32,000 bases of DNA from Horticoccus luteus (GTDB taxonomy: Bacteria > Verrucomicrobiota > Verrucomicrobiia > Opitutales > Opitutaceae), in NCBI RefSeq assembly GCF_019464535.1, contig NZ_CP080507.1:3570001-3602000 (forward strand), given 5' to 3'. The position numbers were made by a program, and so were the translations under genes. This document shows positions 1 through 7,583 of this stretch, one piece after another. Positions within the stretch are counted from its first letter, which is position 1; the number at the start of each line of letters is the position of its first letter. The notes under the pieces were generated by a model that saw nothing but the letters and a program-made list of their open reading frames with translations, ran no database searches and was not told the origin of the DNA.

Positions 1-1724
1 TCGCCGTGATACGCCTCCCAGATGTTGAGCAACGTGAGAAAATCCGAATCGCCGTGCCGGAACCGCCGGTGCGCCGCGTCGGCCGCCGCCTGCTTCTCCA
101 GCGGACGTTCCCGCGGATCCTGAATCGAAAGGCCCGCCGCGATCACCAGCACTTCGCGCAGACACTTCTCCGTGCGCGCCTGCAAAATCATGCGACCGAC
201 CGTCGGATCCACCGGCAACCGCGCCAGCTCCCGCCCGATCGCCGTCAGTTCCCGCGTGCCGCTCCCTCCGCCATTTCCACTCGCCGAGCTAGATGTAGGG
301 CGGGTGCCTTCACCCGTCAGAAGCCTTCCGTGCGGCGGATCCTCCGCGCCCGCCTTCCTCGCGTCGCGCGCCCGTGCGTCTCCGCCGTCCGCCGCGGCTG
401 CGCCCTCCTCCGCCAGCGCGCCCAGCTCCTCGAGTAACGCGTAACCGGAGCGGATCGCCTTCGTCGCCGGCGGATTGATGAACGGAAACCGCTCGATGTC
501 GCCGAGGCCAAACGCCTTCAGCCGCAGAATCACGTCCGCCAGATTCGCGCGCTGAATTTCCGGCTGCGTAAAGCGCGGGCGTTCCAAAAAATCCGCCTCC
601 GAGTAGAGCCGCACGCACACGCCTTCTGCCACGCGGCCCGCGCGGCCCTTGCGTTGATCCGCGCTCGATTGCGCCACGGGCTCGATCGGCAGCCGCCGCG
701 TGCGCGCCTGCGGGGAATACCGGCTCAGGCGCGCCAGCCCCGTGTCCACCACGAACCGGATGCCCGGAATCGTCAGCGAGGTCTCCGCGATGTTCGTCGC
801 GACGATGATCTTTCGCTTCGGCACCGGTGCGAACACTCGCTGTTGCTCCGCGTTCGTCAGTCGCCCGAAAAGCGGCACGAGCTCGCACCCGCGTCCCAGC
901 GCTCCGTCGAGCGCCTCGCAGGTTTCGCGAATATCGCGCTCGCTCGGCATGAACACCAACACATCGCCCGCCGTGCTGTCGTCGACGATCCGCCGCACCG
1001 CCTCCACCGCGCCGTCGATGTAATGCAACGCCTCCGCCCGGTGGGCCGCGCGCGCGCCCGCATCCTCCGCTCCCGGCTGCTCCTCCGAAAAATCCCCGCC
1101 CAACGCGTCGAGCGGCGCGTAAATCACCTCCACGGGATACGTCCGCCCCGACACCTCGATCACCGGCGCCCCGTCAAACGCCTCGCTGAACATCTGCGTG
1201 TCGATCGTCGCCGACGTGATGATGATCTTCAGCTCCGGCCGCTTGAAACGCAGCGTGCGCAAATGCCCCAGCAGAAAATCGATGTTGAGCGAACGCTCGT
1301 GCGCCTCGTCGATGATGATCGTGTCGTAGGCGCGCAGCAACGGATCGCCCTGCACTTCCGCGAGCAGCATGCCGTCGGTGAGAAACTTGATCACCGTCTC
1401 GCGCGACGTCTGGTCGGCAAAGCGGATCTTGCAGCCCACCTCGCGGCCCCACGCCACGTTAAGCTCCTCCGCCACCCGCTTCGACACCGAGAGCGCCGCC
1501 ACCCGCCGCGGCTGCGTGCAGGCGATCCGCCCCTGCGTGCCGCGGCCCGCGGCGAGACACAGTTTCGGAATCTGCGTGGTTTTGCCCGAACCCGTTTCCC
1601 CCGCGAGAATCAACACCTGCTGTTCCTGCAACGTGGCCACAATTTCCTCCGCCCGCGCGCTGATGGGCAGCTCGGGCGGAAAATCGAGGCGGAACGGAAA
1701 AGACGTTGGAGGATTCGGCGGCAC
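1..1724 (-). CDS. hrpA: ATP-dependent RNA helicase HrpA (DEAH-box), N-terminal ~574 codons; C-terminus lies beyond the left edge
   Basis: Absent from the ORF track because it runs off the edge. The reverse-complement frame from GTG at 1724 (in-frame TGA immediately upstream) is open to position 1. It reads [40 protein letters not shown] (Walker A, ~1560-1620), [22 protein letters not shown] (DEAH, ~1290-1340), [17 protein letters not shown] and [10 protein letters not shown]. Confidence 0.9.
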   Translation of the reverse strand, partial: MPPNPPTSFPFRLDFPPELPISARAEEIVATLQEQQVLILAGETGSGKTTQIPKLCLAAGRGTQGRIACTQPRRVAALSVSKRVAEELNVAWGREVGCKIRFADQTSRETVIKFLTDGMLLAEVQGDPLLRAYDTIIIDEAHERSLNIDFLLGHLRTLRFKRPELKIIITSATIDTQMFSEAFDGAPVIEVSGRTYPVEVIYAPLDALGGDFSEEQPGAEDAGARAAHRAEALHYIDGAVEAVRRIVDDSTAGDVLVFMPSERDIRETCEALDGALGRGCELVPLFGRLTNAEQQRVFAPVPKRKIIVATNIAETSLTIPGIRFVVDTGLARLSRYSPQARTRRLPIEPVAQSSADQRKGRAGRVAEGVCVRLYSEADFLERPRFTQPEIQRANLADVILRLKAFGLGDIERFPFINPPATKAIRSGYALLEELGALAEEGAAAADGGDARARDARKAGAEDPPHGRLLTGEGTRPTSSSASGNGGGSGTRELTAIGRELARLPVDPTVGRMILQARTEKCLREVLVIAAGLSIQDPRERPLEKQAAADAAHRRFRHGDSDFLTLLNIWEAYHG

Positions 1725-1762
1725 GCAGCTCGGGATTGGTCAGCGTCAAGAAGCGAAGTGCA

Positions 1763-1778
1763 GCTTGCGAACGCAAGC
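1763..1778. promoter_or_regulatory. Perfect 16-bp palindrome GCTTGCGAACGCAAGC in the 79-bp divergent hrpA / membrane-protein spacer; candidate operator
   Basis: Read directly: 7-bp arms GCTTGCG / CGCAAGC around a central AA. It is the only sizeable symmetric element in the spacer 1725-1803. Confidence 0.3.
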
Positions 1779-1803
1779 GAGCGTGGCATGCAAACAGGTT
1801 CTC

Positions 1804-2325
1804 ATGGTGAAGACGCCTCCGCTGCTGCCCGTCGAAGTTCTCTCCCGCGTCTTGCGAACCGCGCGGGTCAATGGCGCCAGCGTGCTGGTCATCGCCGGCG
1901 GCCTCGCACTGCTCTCCGCCGCGATTCGCGATGAATTTGGCACCATGGTGGGCCTCCTCGTCGCTGCCGCCGGGGCGATCGAGCTCCACGGAGCCGGCCT
2001 GCTCCGGCAGGGCGAGTCGCGCGGCTGCAACTGGCTCGTCGCGAGCCAGTTTTATCTGCTCTTCGTCATTTTCGCCTACGCCGCGTGGCAGATCACGCAT
2101 CCGGTCAGCGACATCGTCTGGCACCTTGTGCTTACGCCGCAGGTGAAGGACCAGCTTGAGGCCCAAGGCACGAGCGTGCCGGATGCCATTCGTCTCCTCC
2201 GGCAAGTCTACATCGCCGCCTACGTGCTGCTGGCCGTGCTGACGTTTTTCTACCAAGGCGGCATGGCGCTTTTCTACAGCCGCCGCCGCCGCGCGATCGA
2301 AACGGCCCTCCACGATGCCTTTTGA
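1804..2325 (+). CDS. Hypothetical integral membrane protein (about 4 predicted TM helices)
   Basis: Downstream part of track ORF 1369..2325; ATG at 1804 is in frame (1804-1369=435). The upstream part of the ORF is antisense to hrpA. Hydrophobic stretches: ASVLVIAGGLALLSAAI, MVGLLVAAAGAI, LVASQFYLLFVIFAYAAW, VYIAAYVLLAVLTFFY. No family recognised. Confidence 0.55.
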   Translation: MVKTPPLLPVEVLSRVLRTARVNGASVLVIAGGLALLSAAIRDEFGTMVGLLVAAAGAIELHGAGLLRQGESRGCNWLVASQFYLLFVIFAYAAWQITHPVSDIVWHLVLTPQVKDQLEAQGTSVPDAIRLLRQVYIAAYVLLAVLTFFYQGGMALFYSRRRRAIETALHDAF

Positions 2326-2428
2326 AATCACCGTCGCCCTCCTCGCCCGCCCATGTAGGCGGGGCGCCCTCACCCCGCTCGTGTAGTTGGAATCGCCTCA
2401 CTCCGCTCCGTTGACTTCCGTCGCCGTC

Positions 2429-2977
2429 ATGCCGGCCTATCTCGCCTTTCTCCGAGCCGTTAATGTTGGGGGCACCGGCAAGCTCCCGATGGCGGAGTTG
2501 CGCACCTGGCTCACGCACCTCGGCTTGGCCGACGTGCGCACCGTTCTGCAAAGTGGCAACGCCCTCTTCCGCGCCGGCTCCACTTCCCCTGAGAAACTGG
2601 AGCAACGCCTCACCGCCGCGGCGGCCAAAGACCTCGGCCTGAAAACCACTTTTTTCGTGCGCACCGTCCCTGCGTGGTCGCAAGTGATCGCGCGGAATCC
2701 GTTTCCTTCTGAAGCGACGAGCGACCCCGCGCATCTCGTCGTGCTGCTCCTGGAAAACGCTCCCGCCGCCGCGCAAGTCAAGGCGTTGCAAACCGCGATC
2801 TCCGGCCGCGAGCAAGTGCGTGCGCATGGCCGGCAGGCGTATGTTTTCTATCCCGATGGCATCGGCGAATCGAAGCTCACGCTGGCCGTGATCGAAAAGC
2901 GCCTCGGCACCCGCTGCACTGGCCGCAACTGGAACACCGTCCAAAAAATGGCCGCCCTCGCCGCCAGCGCCGAATAA
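2429..2977 (+). CDS. DUF1697 family protein
   Basis: Track ORF 2387..2977. The internal ATG at 2429 gives N-terminus MPAYLAFLRAVNVGGTGKLPMAELR, which I recall as the typical DUF1697 start. C-terminal TGRNWNTVQKM also fits that family. The TTG at 2387 is an alternative start. Confidence 0.75.
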   Translation: MPAYLAFLRAVNVGGTGKLPMAELRTWLTHLGLADVRTVLQSGNALFRAGSTSPEKLEQRLTAAAAKDLGLKTTFFVRTVPAWSQVIARNPFPSEATSDPAHLVVLLLENAPAAAQVKALQTAISGREQVRAHGRQAYVFYPDGIGESKLTLAVIEKRLGTRCTGRNWNTVQKMAALAASAE

Positions 2978-3070
2978 GATCAATCGCCCCGTCGCCGCCC
3001 GACCTGCCCACAGTCGCCCCGCGTTTGCAGTTCATTTTGCCTTCTCCAGTCACCGCCCAAAACTCCGCGC

Positions 3071-3577
3071 GTGCTCACGCTTCGGCCGACCAAAACGCTC
3101 GCCCGCCGGCTCGGCATCGAGCTGCCCGTCACCCCTCCGCTCGTGACCAACCGCGTGGCCGATTGGTGCGCGCACGAGTTCCGGGCGCAACGGTTCAAAT
3201 ACCTCATTTTCTTTAACACCGCCACGCTCTATCCCTTCGTTACCTCGGCGCGGGGTGTGACGGACGAGCACTCCTTGATCGCTCAATTTGAAAACGCCGC
3301 GCGCTTGAATCTGGAGGGCACGCTTGCCGCATCTCACTACCGACGCTGGATCGCGCCCGAACTTGGAGCCGTGCAGTGGGCCGCCATTCCCGACCGATCG
3401 ATCATTGGCAGCATGAATGACCTGGTGTCCATGGCGAAGGTCTATCTCGAACGCCCCGGCGACTCCGCGATCACAGCCTCGCGTCTGATCGCCGAAGCCC
3501 CGATGGGCCTCCTCGGCATGAACTCCCCCGACCGCGCCTTTCTCACCCTCCGAGGCCCCGTGCCCGGCGGTGCCTGA
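3071..3577 (+). CDS. Hypothetical protein, DUF6933-like (assignment from memory)
   Basis: 168-aa ORF with GTG start. N-terminus MLTLRPTKTLARRLGI, the DWCAHEF...YLIFFNTATLYPF segment and the RSIIGSMNDL motif resemble proteins I recall as DUF6933. This needs an HMM check. Confidence 0.55.
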   Translation: MLTLRPTKTLARRLGIELPVTPPLVTNRVADWCAHEFRAQRFKYLIFFNTATLYPFVTSARGVTDEHSLIAQFENAARLNLEGTLAASHYRRWIAPELGAVQWAAIPDRSIIGSMNDLVSMAKVYLERPGDSAITASRLIAEAPMGLLGMNSPDRAFLTLRGPVPGGA

Positions 3578-3617
3578 CGTTCGCGGCGGCATCACGCAGC
3601 ATCTGCTGTCCTCAAGA

Positions 3618-3646
3618 TTGCAACGAACGTTCGCATTCTATTCTAT
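3618..3646 (+). promoter_or_regulatory. Candidate sigma70-type promoter for the zinc-ribbon gene, with a palindrome in the spacer
   Basis: TTGCAA at 3618-3623, a 17-nt spacer, then TTCTAT at 3641-3646, in the only AT-richer patch upstream of the ATG at 3677. The spacer holds the perfect 10-bp palindrome CGAACGTTCG (3624-3633). The -10 match is weak. Confidence 0.25.
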
Positions 3647-3676
3647 CGGGCCAAGTCACTCTTAAGCGACTCAACC

Positions 3677-3958
3677 ATGGGCACCCGCTACTCCTTCACC
3701 TGTTCGCGCTGCACCTACTCGGCTGTTGTTTCCGGCGGGCCCGATGCGGGAATGCTCGCCTCCACGAGGACCATTTGCTGCGCCGATTGTCGCGCGCTCT
3801 ACGACGTCTTTGTCGGTCATTTCTCGGAGCCCGACAAGGAGCCGCCGCGCTGTCCGAAACGCGCGAACCACCGCGTCACCCGCTGGCACTCCGGCGACCC
3901 CTGCCCGAGGTGCGACGAGCCCCTCCCGCAGGGCGAAGGTGTGCTGGGGTGGGACTGA
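3677..3958 (+). CDS. Small Cys-rich zinc-ribbon protein (93 aa)
   Basis: MGTRYSFTCSRCTYSAVVSGG...CCADCRALYDV...PPRCPKRANH...CPRCDEP. The paired CxxC motifs (C9/C12, C35/C38, C76/C79) plus C59 are typical of zinc-ribbon folds. A hairpin plus T-run follows the stop codon. Confidence 0.6.
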   Translation: MGTRYSFTCSRCTYSAVVSGGPDAGMLASTRTICCADCRALYDVFVGHFSEPDKEPPRCPKRANHRVTRWHSGDPCPRCDEPLPQGEGVLGWD

Positions 3959-3995
3959 ATAACATTTCAGCTTTTCCGCGAACACGCGGTCATCT

Positions 3996-4019
3996 CTGTC
4001 CGCGTCTCCGGACAGTTTT
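3996..4019 (+). terminator. Rho-independent terminator candidate after the zinc-ribbon gene (convergent with gatB)
   Basis: CTGTCCG-cgtctc-CGGACAG (7-bp stem, 6-nt loop) followed by TTTT at 4016-4019. Confidence 0.4.
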
Positions 4020-4066
4020 CCTCAAACCTCGGATTGATCTCCCGCGACCTCCGTGGCGGAAAAATC

Positions 4067-5524
4067 TCACATCGCCGCCAGCAAGCGCCGCAGCGTTTCA
4101 TCCACGAGCTTCGGGTTCGCCTTCCCTTTCGCCGCTTTCATCACCGGCCCCTTGAACGCGTTGATCGCCGAATCCTTCCCGGCCTTGAACTCCGTCAACG
4201 CCTTCGGACTCGCCGCAATTGCGTCGCGACACCACTGCTCCAACTCGCCGGCATCCGTCGGCGCGGCTTTCAATCCCCGGCGTTCCGCGATCGCGGCGGG
4301 TTCGTCGCCCGTCGCGAACATCTCTACAAAAATTTCCTTTGCGGCATTAGTCAGCACCGCCCCGGAATCGATGAGCTGCACGAGCGCCGCGACGTGCCCC
4401 GGACGCACCCGCGCGTCCGCAAGTGACCGTCCTGCGGCACTCAGTTCCCGTTGCAGGTCGTTGACGATCCAGTTGCCCGCCGCCTGCGCTTTCGCGGCAC
4501 CGGCGATTTTCACCGTCTCCTCGAAGTAGGCGCTGAGCGCAGAGTCCCACACCAGCGCCGACGTGAGCGTGTAGGGCAGTTGGTAGTCCGCCATGAACCG
4601 CCGCTGTTTGTCGAAGGGCAGCTCCGGACACTCGGCGCGCAGACGCTCTTTCCAAGCGGCATCAACCTTCACCGGCATCAGGTCCGGGTCGGGGAAATAG
4701 CGGTAATCGTGCGCCTCCTCCTTCGTGCGCAACGACTGCGAAGTGCCGGTCATGCCGTCGTAATCGCGCGTCTCCTGCACGATCGTGCCGCCGCGCTCGA
4801 TCACGCCGAGCTGACGCTTGATCTCGTGGGCAATGCCGTCGCGCACGAACGAAATGGAGTTCAGGTTTTTCAACTCCACTTTCGTGCCGAGCTTCGTCGT
4901 GCCGACCGGGCGGACGGAGATGTTCGCGTCGCAACGGAGTTGTCCCTTCTCCATGTCGCAGTCGGAGATGCCGCCATAAATCATCGTGGCACGCAACGAA
5001 GTGAGATAGGCGTAAGCTTCGTCCGCCGACGCCAGCGCGGGGTCGGACACGACCTCCATCAACGGCGTGCCGGCGCGGTTGTAATCGACGAGCGAATCGG
5101 TGGCGCCGTGGTTGAGTTTGCCGACATCCTCCTCGAGATGAATGCGCGTGAGCGGGATTCGCTTGTGCTCACCCATGATATTGCGCGCGGCGCCTGGCAG
5201 CTCGATTTCCACCGATCCGCCGAGGCAGATCGGCTGGTCGTATTGCGAAATCTGGTAGTTCTTGGGCGAGTCGGGATAGAAATAGTTTTTGCGGTCCCAT
5301 TTGCAGACCGGCGCGATCTCGCAGCCGAGGAGCAGACCGGCCTTGATGATGGCGTCGAGCGCCGCCTTGTTCATCACCGGCAGCGCGCCCGGCAGCGCGA
5401 GCACGACGGGATCGGTGAGCGTGTTGGGCTCGTGCCCGTATCCCGCCGCCACGCGCGTAAACATCTTCGACGCCGTTTTAATCTGCACGTGGACCTCAAG
5501 TCCGATGACAGCTTCGTAGGTCAT
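4067..5524 (-). CDS. gatB: Asp-tRNA(Asn)/Glu-tRNA(Gln) amidotransferase subunit B
   Basis: 485 aa. N-terminus MTYEAVIGLEVHVQIKTASKMFT and the C-terminal GatB/YqeY-type tail (GKANPKLVDETLRRLL) are characteristic. Lies downstream of gatC-gatA. Confidence 0.97.
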   Translation of the reverse strand: MTYEAVIGLEVHVQIKTASKMFTRVAAGYGHEPNTLTDPVVLALPGALPVMNKAALDAIIKAGLLLGCEIAPVCKWDRKNYFYPDSPKNYQISQYDQPICLGGSVEIELPGAARNIMGEHKRIPLTRIHLEEDVGKLNHGATDSLVDYNRAGTPLMEVVSDPALASADEAYAYLTSLRATMIYGGISDCDMEKGQLRCDANISVRPVGTTKLGTKVELKNLNSISFVRDGIAHEIKRQLGVIERGGTIVQETRDYDGMTGTSQSLRTKEEAHDYRYFPDPDLMPVKVDAAWKERLRAECPELPFDKQRRFMADYQLPYTLTSALVWDSALSAYFEETVKIAGAAKAQAAGNWIVNDLQRELSAAGRSLADARVRPGHVAALVQLIDSGAVLTNAAKEIFVEMFATGDEPAAIAERRGLKAAPTDAGELEQWCRDAIAASPKALTEFKAGKDSAINAFKGPVMKAAKGKANPKLVDETLRRLLAAM

Positions 5525-5558
5525 TTCAGAATGGGGGACAGGTGAGGCATAATTTCGT

Positions 5559-5743
5559 CACGGGGTTCACAGAGCTCGAACACAGAGATCACAGTGCCAA
5601 GCGACGGGGGCCGTGCTCCGTCAAAATCGTGGCGCGGTGAACCTCAATGGCCGCCCCAATGACCTGATCTGTCACGCGATTGATTCCCTCATTCATGGTT
5701 GGGTTCTCCGTGCACTCTGTGGCGGCGCTCTATGTCCTCTGCG
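5559..5743. repeat. Palindromic intergenic repeat element, copy A (heptamer-array arms)
   Basis: Left arm heptamers CACGGGG/CACAGAG/CACAGAG/CACAGTG start at 5559, 5568, 5581, 5590. Right arm complementary heptamers CTCCGTG/CTCTGTG/CTCTATG/CTCTGCG start at 5706, 5715, 5728, 5737. Both arms have 9-13-9 spacing. The element fills the gatA|gatB spacer. Confidence 0.65.
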
Positions 5744-5745
5744 CC

Positions 5746-7209
5746 TCAAAGACCGGGATGCTGCGAACTCCACTCGTGCGCCCGATCGTAGGCGTGCGCG
5801 ATCGCGAGGAGGTTCGCTTCCTCAAGAGGTTGTCCGATCAGTTGCACGCCGATCGGCAGACCGCTGTTCGTAAAACCCGCTGGCACGCTGATCGCCGGCA
5901 GACCCGCGAGGTTCACGCCGATCGTATAAATATCGCACAAATACATCGTCAGCGGATCGCTCTTCTCCCCGCGCTTGAACGCCGGAATCGGCGACGTCGG
6001 CGTGATCAATGCATCCACCCCCTGATACGCGTTGAGAAAATCCTGCCGGATCAGGGTGCGCACCTTTTGCGCCCGCAGATAGAACGCATCGTAGTACCCA
6101 CTGCTCAGCACATACGTGCCGAGCATGATCCGCCGCTTCACCTCCGCGCCAAAACCTTCCGCGCGCGACTTGAAGTAAAGATCGACCGCATCCGTCGCCG
6201 CCTTCGAACGATGCCCGTAACGCACGCCATCGAAACGCCCCAGATTCGACGACGCTTCCGCCGTCGCGATGATGTAATACGTATCCAGGCAGTAGCGCGT
6301 GTGCGGCAGCGACACTTCGCGGATCGTGCAACCCTGCGCCCGGTAAAACGCGATTGCGCGCTCCACCGCCGCACCGATTTCCGGATCCAGGCCTTCGCCG
6401 AAATATTCCTTCGGAATGCCGAGCGTCCACGGTCCGCGTCGCGCCGCCAACTCCGCTCGATAGTCCGGCACCGATTTCGGCAACGACGTCGAATCGCGTT
6501 CGTCGTGGCCCGCAACCGCACCGAGGAGAATCGCCGCATCCTCCACCGTGCGTGCCATCGGCCCGATCTGATCCAACGATGACGCATACGCCACGAGGCC
6601 GTAGCGCGACACGAGCCCATACGACGGCTTTAATCCCACCACACCGCAGAGCGCGGCCGGCTGGCGGATCGAGCCGCCCGTGTCGGAACCAAACGTCGCA
6701 ATCGCTTCGCCCGCCGCGAGTGCCGCCGCACTGCCGCCCGAAGAACCGCCCGGCACGCGCGCGAGATCCCACGGATTCGCCACCGGCCCAAACGCGGAAT
6801 TTTCGTTCGACGAACCCATCGCGAACTCATCGCAGTTGAGTCGCCCCCACAACACGGCGCCCGCCTTCTTCAGCCGCACGGTGGCCGTCGCATCGTAAGG
6901 CGAAACGAAATTCGCGAGCATCTTGCTCGACGCCGTGAGCGGCTGCCCTTCGACCGCGATCACGTCTTTCAATCCAATCGGAATCCCGTCGAGCGCCCCT
7001 CTCGTTTCCCCCGCCGCGCGCCGCGCATCCGCCGCCGCCGCTTGGGCCAACGCATCCGCTTCGTCGAACGAGTTGAACGCTTGCACGCGCGGCTCCACGG
7101 CCTTCGTGCGTGCGATCACCGCCTGCGTAAGCTCGACGGACGACAACGTCCCGGCCGCCAACTCCGTGGCGAGGTCCGCAATGGACCGGTGGAAAAGTTC
7201 AGCAGCCAT
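5746..7209 (-). CDS. gatA: Glu-tRNA(Gln)/Asp-tRNA(Asn) amidotransferase subunit A
   Basis: 487 aa with the amidase signature [16 protein letters not shown] and [14 protein letters not shown]. The start is 3 nt after the gatC stop. Confidence 0.97.
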   Translation of the reverse strand: MAAELFHRSIADLATELAAGTLSSVELTQAVIARTKAVEPRVQAFNSFDEADALAQAAAADARRAAGETRGALDGIPIGLKDVIAVEGQPLTASSKMLANFVSPYDATATVRLKKAGAVLWGRLNCDEFAMGSSNENSAFGPVANPWDLARVPGGSSGGSAAALAAGEAIATFGSDTGGSIRQPAALCGVVGLKPSYGLVSRYGLVAYASSLDQIGPMARTVEDAAILLGAVAGHDERDSTSLPKSVPDYRAELAARRGPWTLGIPKEYFGEGLDPEIGAAVERAIAFYRAQGCTIREVSLPHTRYCLDTYYIIATAEASSNLGRFDGVRYGHRSKAATDAVDLYFKSRAEGFGAEVKRRIMLGTYVLSSGYYDAFYLRAQKVRTLIRQDFLNAYQGVDALITPTSPIPAFKRGEKSDPLTMYLCDIYTIGVNLAGLPAISVPAGFTNSGLPIGVQLIGQPLEEANLLAIAHAYDRAHEWSSQHPGL

Positions 7210-7212
7210 GGC

Positions 7213-7500
7213 TCACTCCACGACCTTCGGGACCACGATCATGTTATCCCGCTGCGCCGGTGCGTTGCGCAACGCCTGCTCGACCGCGAGGCCCGGCCGC
7301 GCCACGTCGTCCTGCCAGACGTTGAACACCGGCGTCGCGTGCGCCATCGGTTCCACGCCCGTCACGTCGACTTGCGAGAGTTGCTCGATGTGGTGCAACA
7401 CGTCGCCGAGCTGCTGGGAAAACGTCGCCTTCTCCTCCGCGCTGAGCTCCAGCCGCGCCAGTTTGGCGATGTGATCGATGTTAAGTTGAGGCGCAGACAT
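7213..7500 (-). CDS. gatC: Glu-tRNA(Gln)/Asp-tRNA(Asn) amidotransferase subunit C
   Basis: 95 aa. IDHIAKLARLELSAEEKATFSQQLGDVLHHIEQLSQVD matches the typical GatC pattern. Position is immediately upstream of gatA. Confidence 0.95.
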   Translation of the reverse strand: MSAPQLNIDHIAKLARLELSAEEKATFSQQLGDVLHHIEQLSQVDVTGVEPMAHATPVFNVWQDDVARPGLAVEQALRNAPAQRDNMIVVPKVVE

Positions 7501-7583
7501 ACGAGTAACGCGTAGTGAGTAACGTCGAGCGAGAAGGCGGCAAGAGCGCGGATGCCCTGCGCCTCCCGACGCCCCACTTCATT

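Noticed and set aside
654-1934. 426-aa + strand ORF, plus neighbouring 310..888, 857..1063 and 1174..1452 minus-frame ORFs
   Set aside because: They overlap the hrpA coding frame, which shows Walker A, DEAH and QRxGRAGR motifs. Their sequences are Arg-rich low-complexity strings. Only the part from 1804 onward, in another context, is kept as a membrane protein.
2353-2377. ATGTAGGCGGGGCGCCCTCACCCCG hairpin after the membrane-protein gene resembles ATGTAGGGCGGGTGCCTTCACCCG at 293-316 inside hrpA (about 20 of 25 positions); a possible second repeat family
   Set aside because: There are only two short GC-rich copies. A third ATGTAGGG at about 13719 is simply the conserved PSPYMG codons of pabB on the other strand, which shows the core can arise by chance. 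A genome-wide count is needed before calling it a repeat.
5559-5743. CRISPR-like array, considered because of regularly spaced short repeats
   Set aside because: The units are 7-nt heptamers with 2-6 nt gaps arranged as inverted arms, not repeats of 28-37 nt separated by unique spacers, and no cas genes are present. It is classed as a REP/MITE-like palindromic element instead.
7503-7524. Direct repeat GAGTAACG ... GAGTAACG (14-nt period) in the 83-bp pheT|gatC spacer
   Set aside because: It is a short 8-nt repeat occurring twice, with no symmetry or supporting context. It could be chance or a minor promoter element and is not strong enough to report as a feature.
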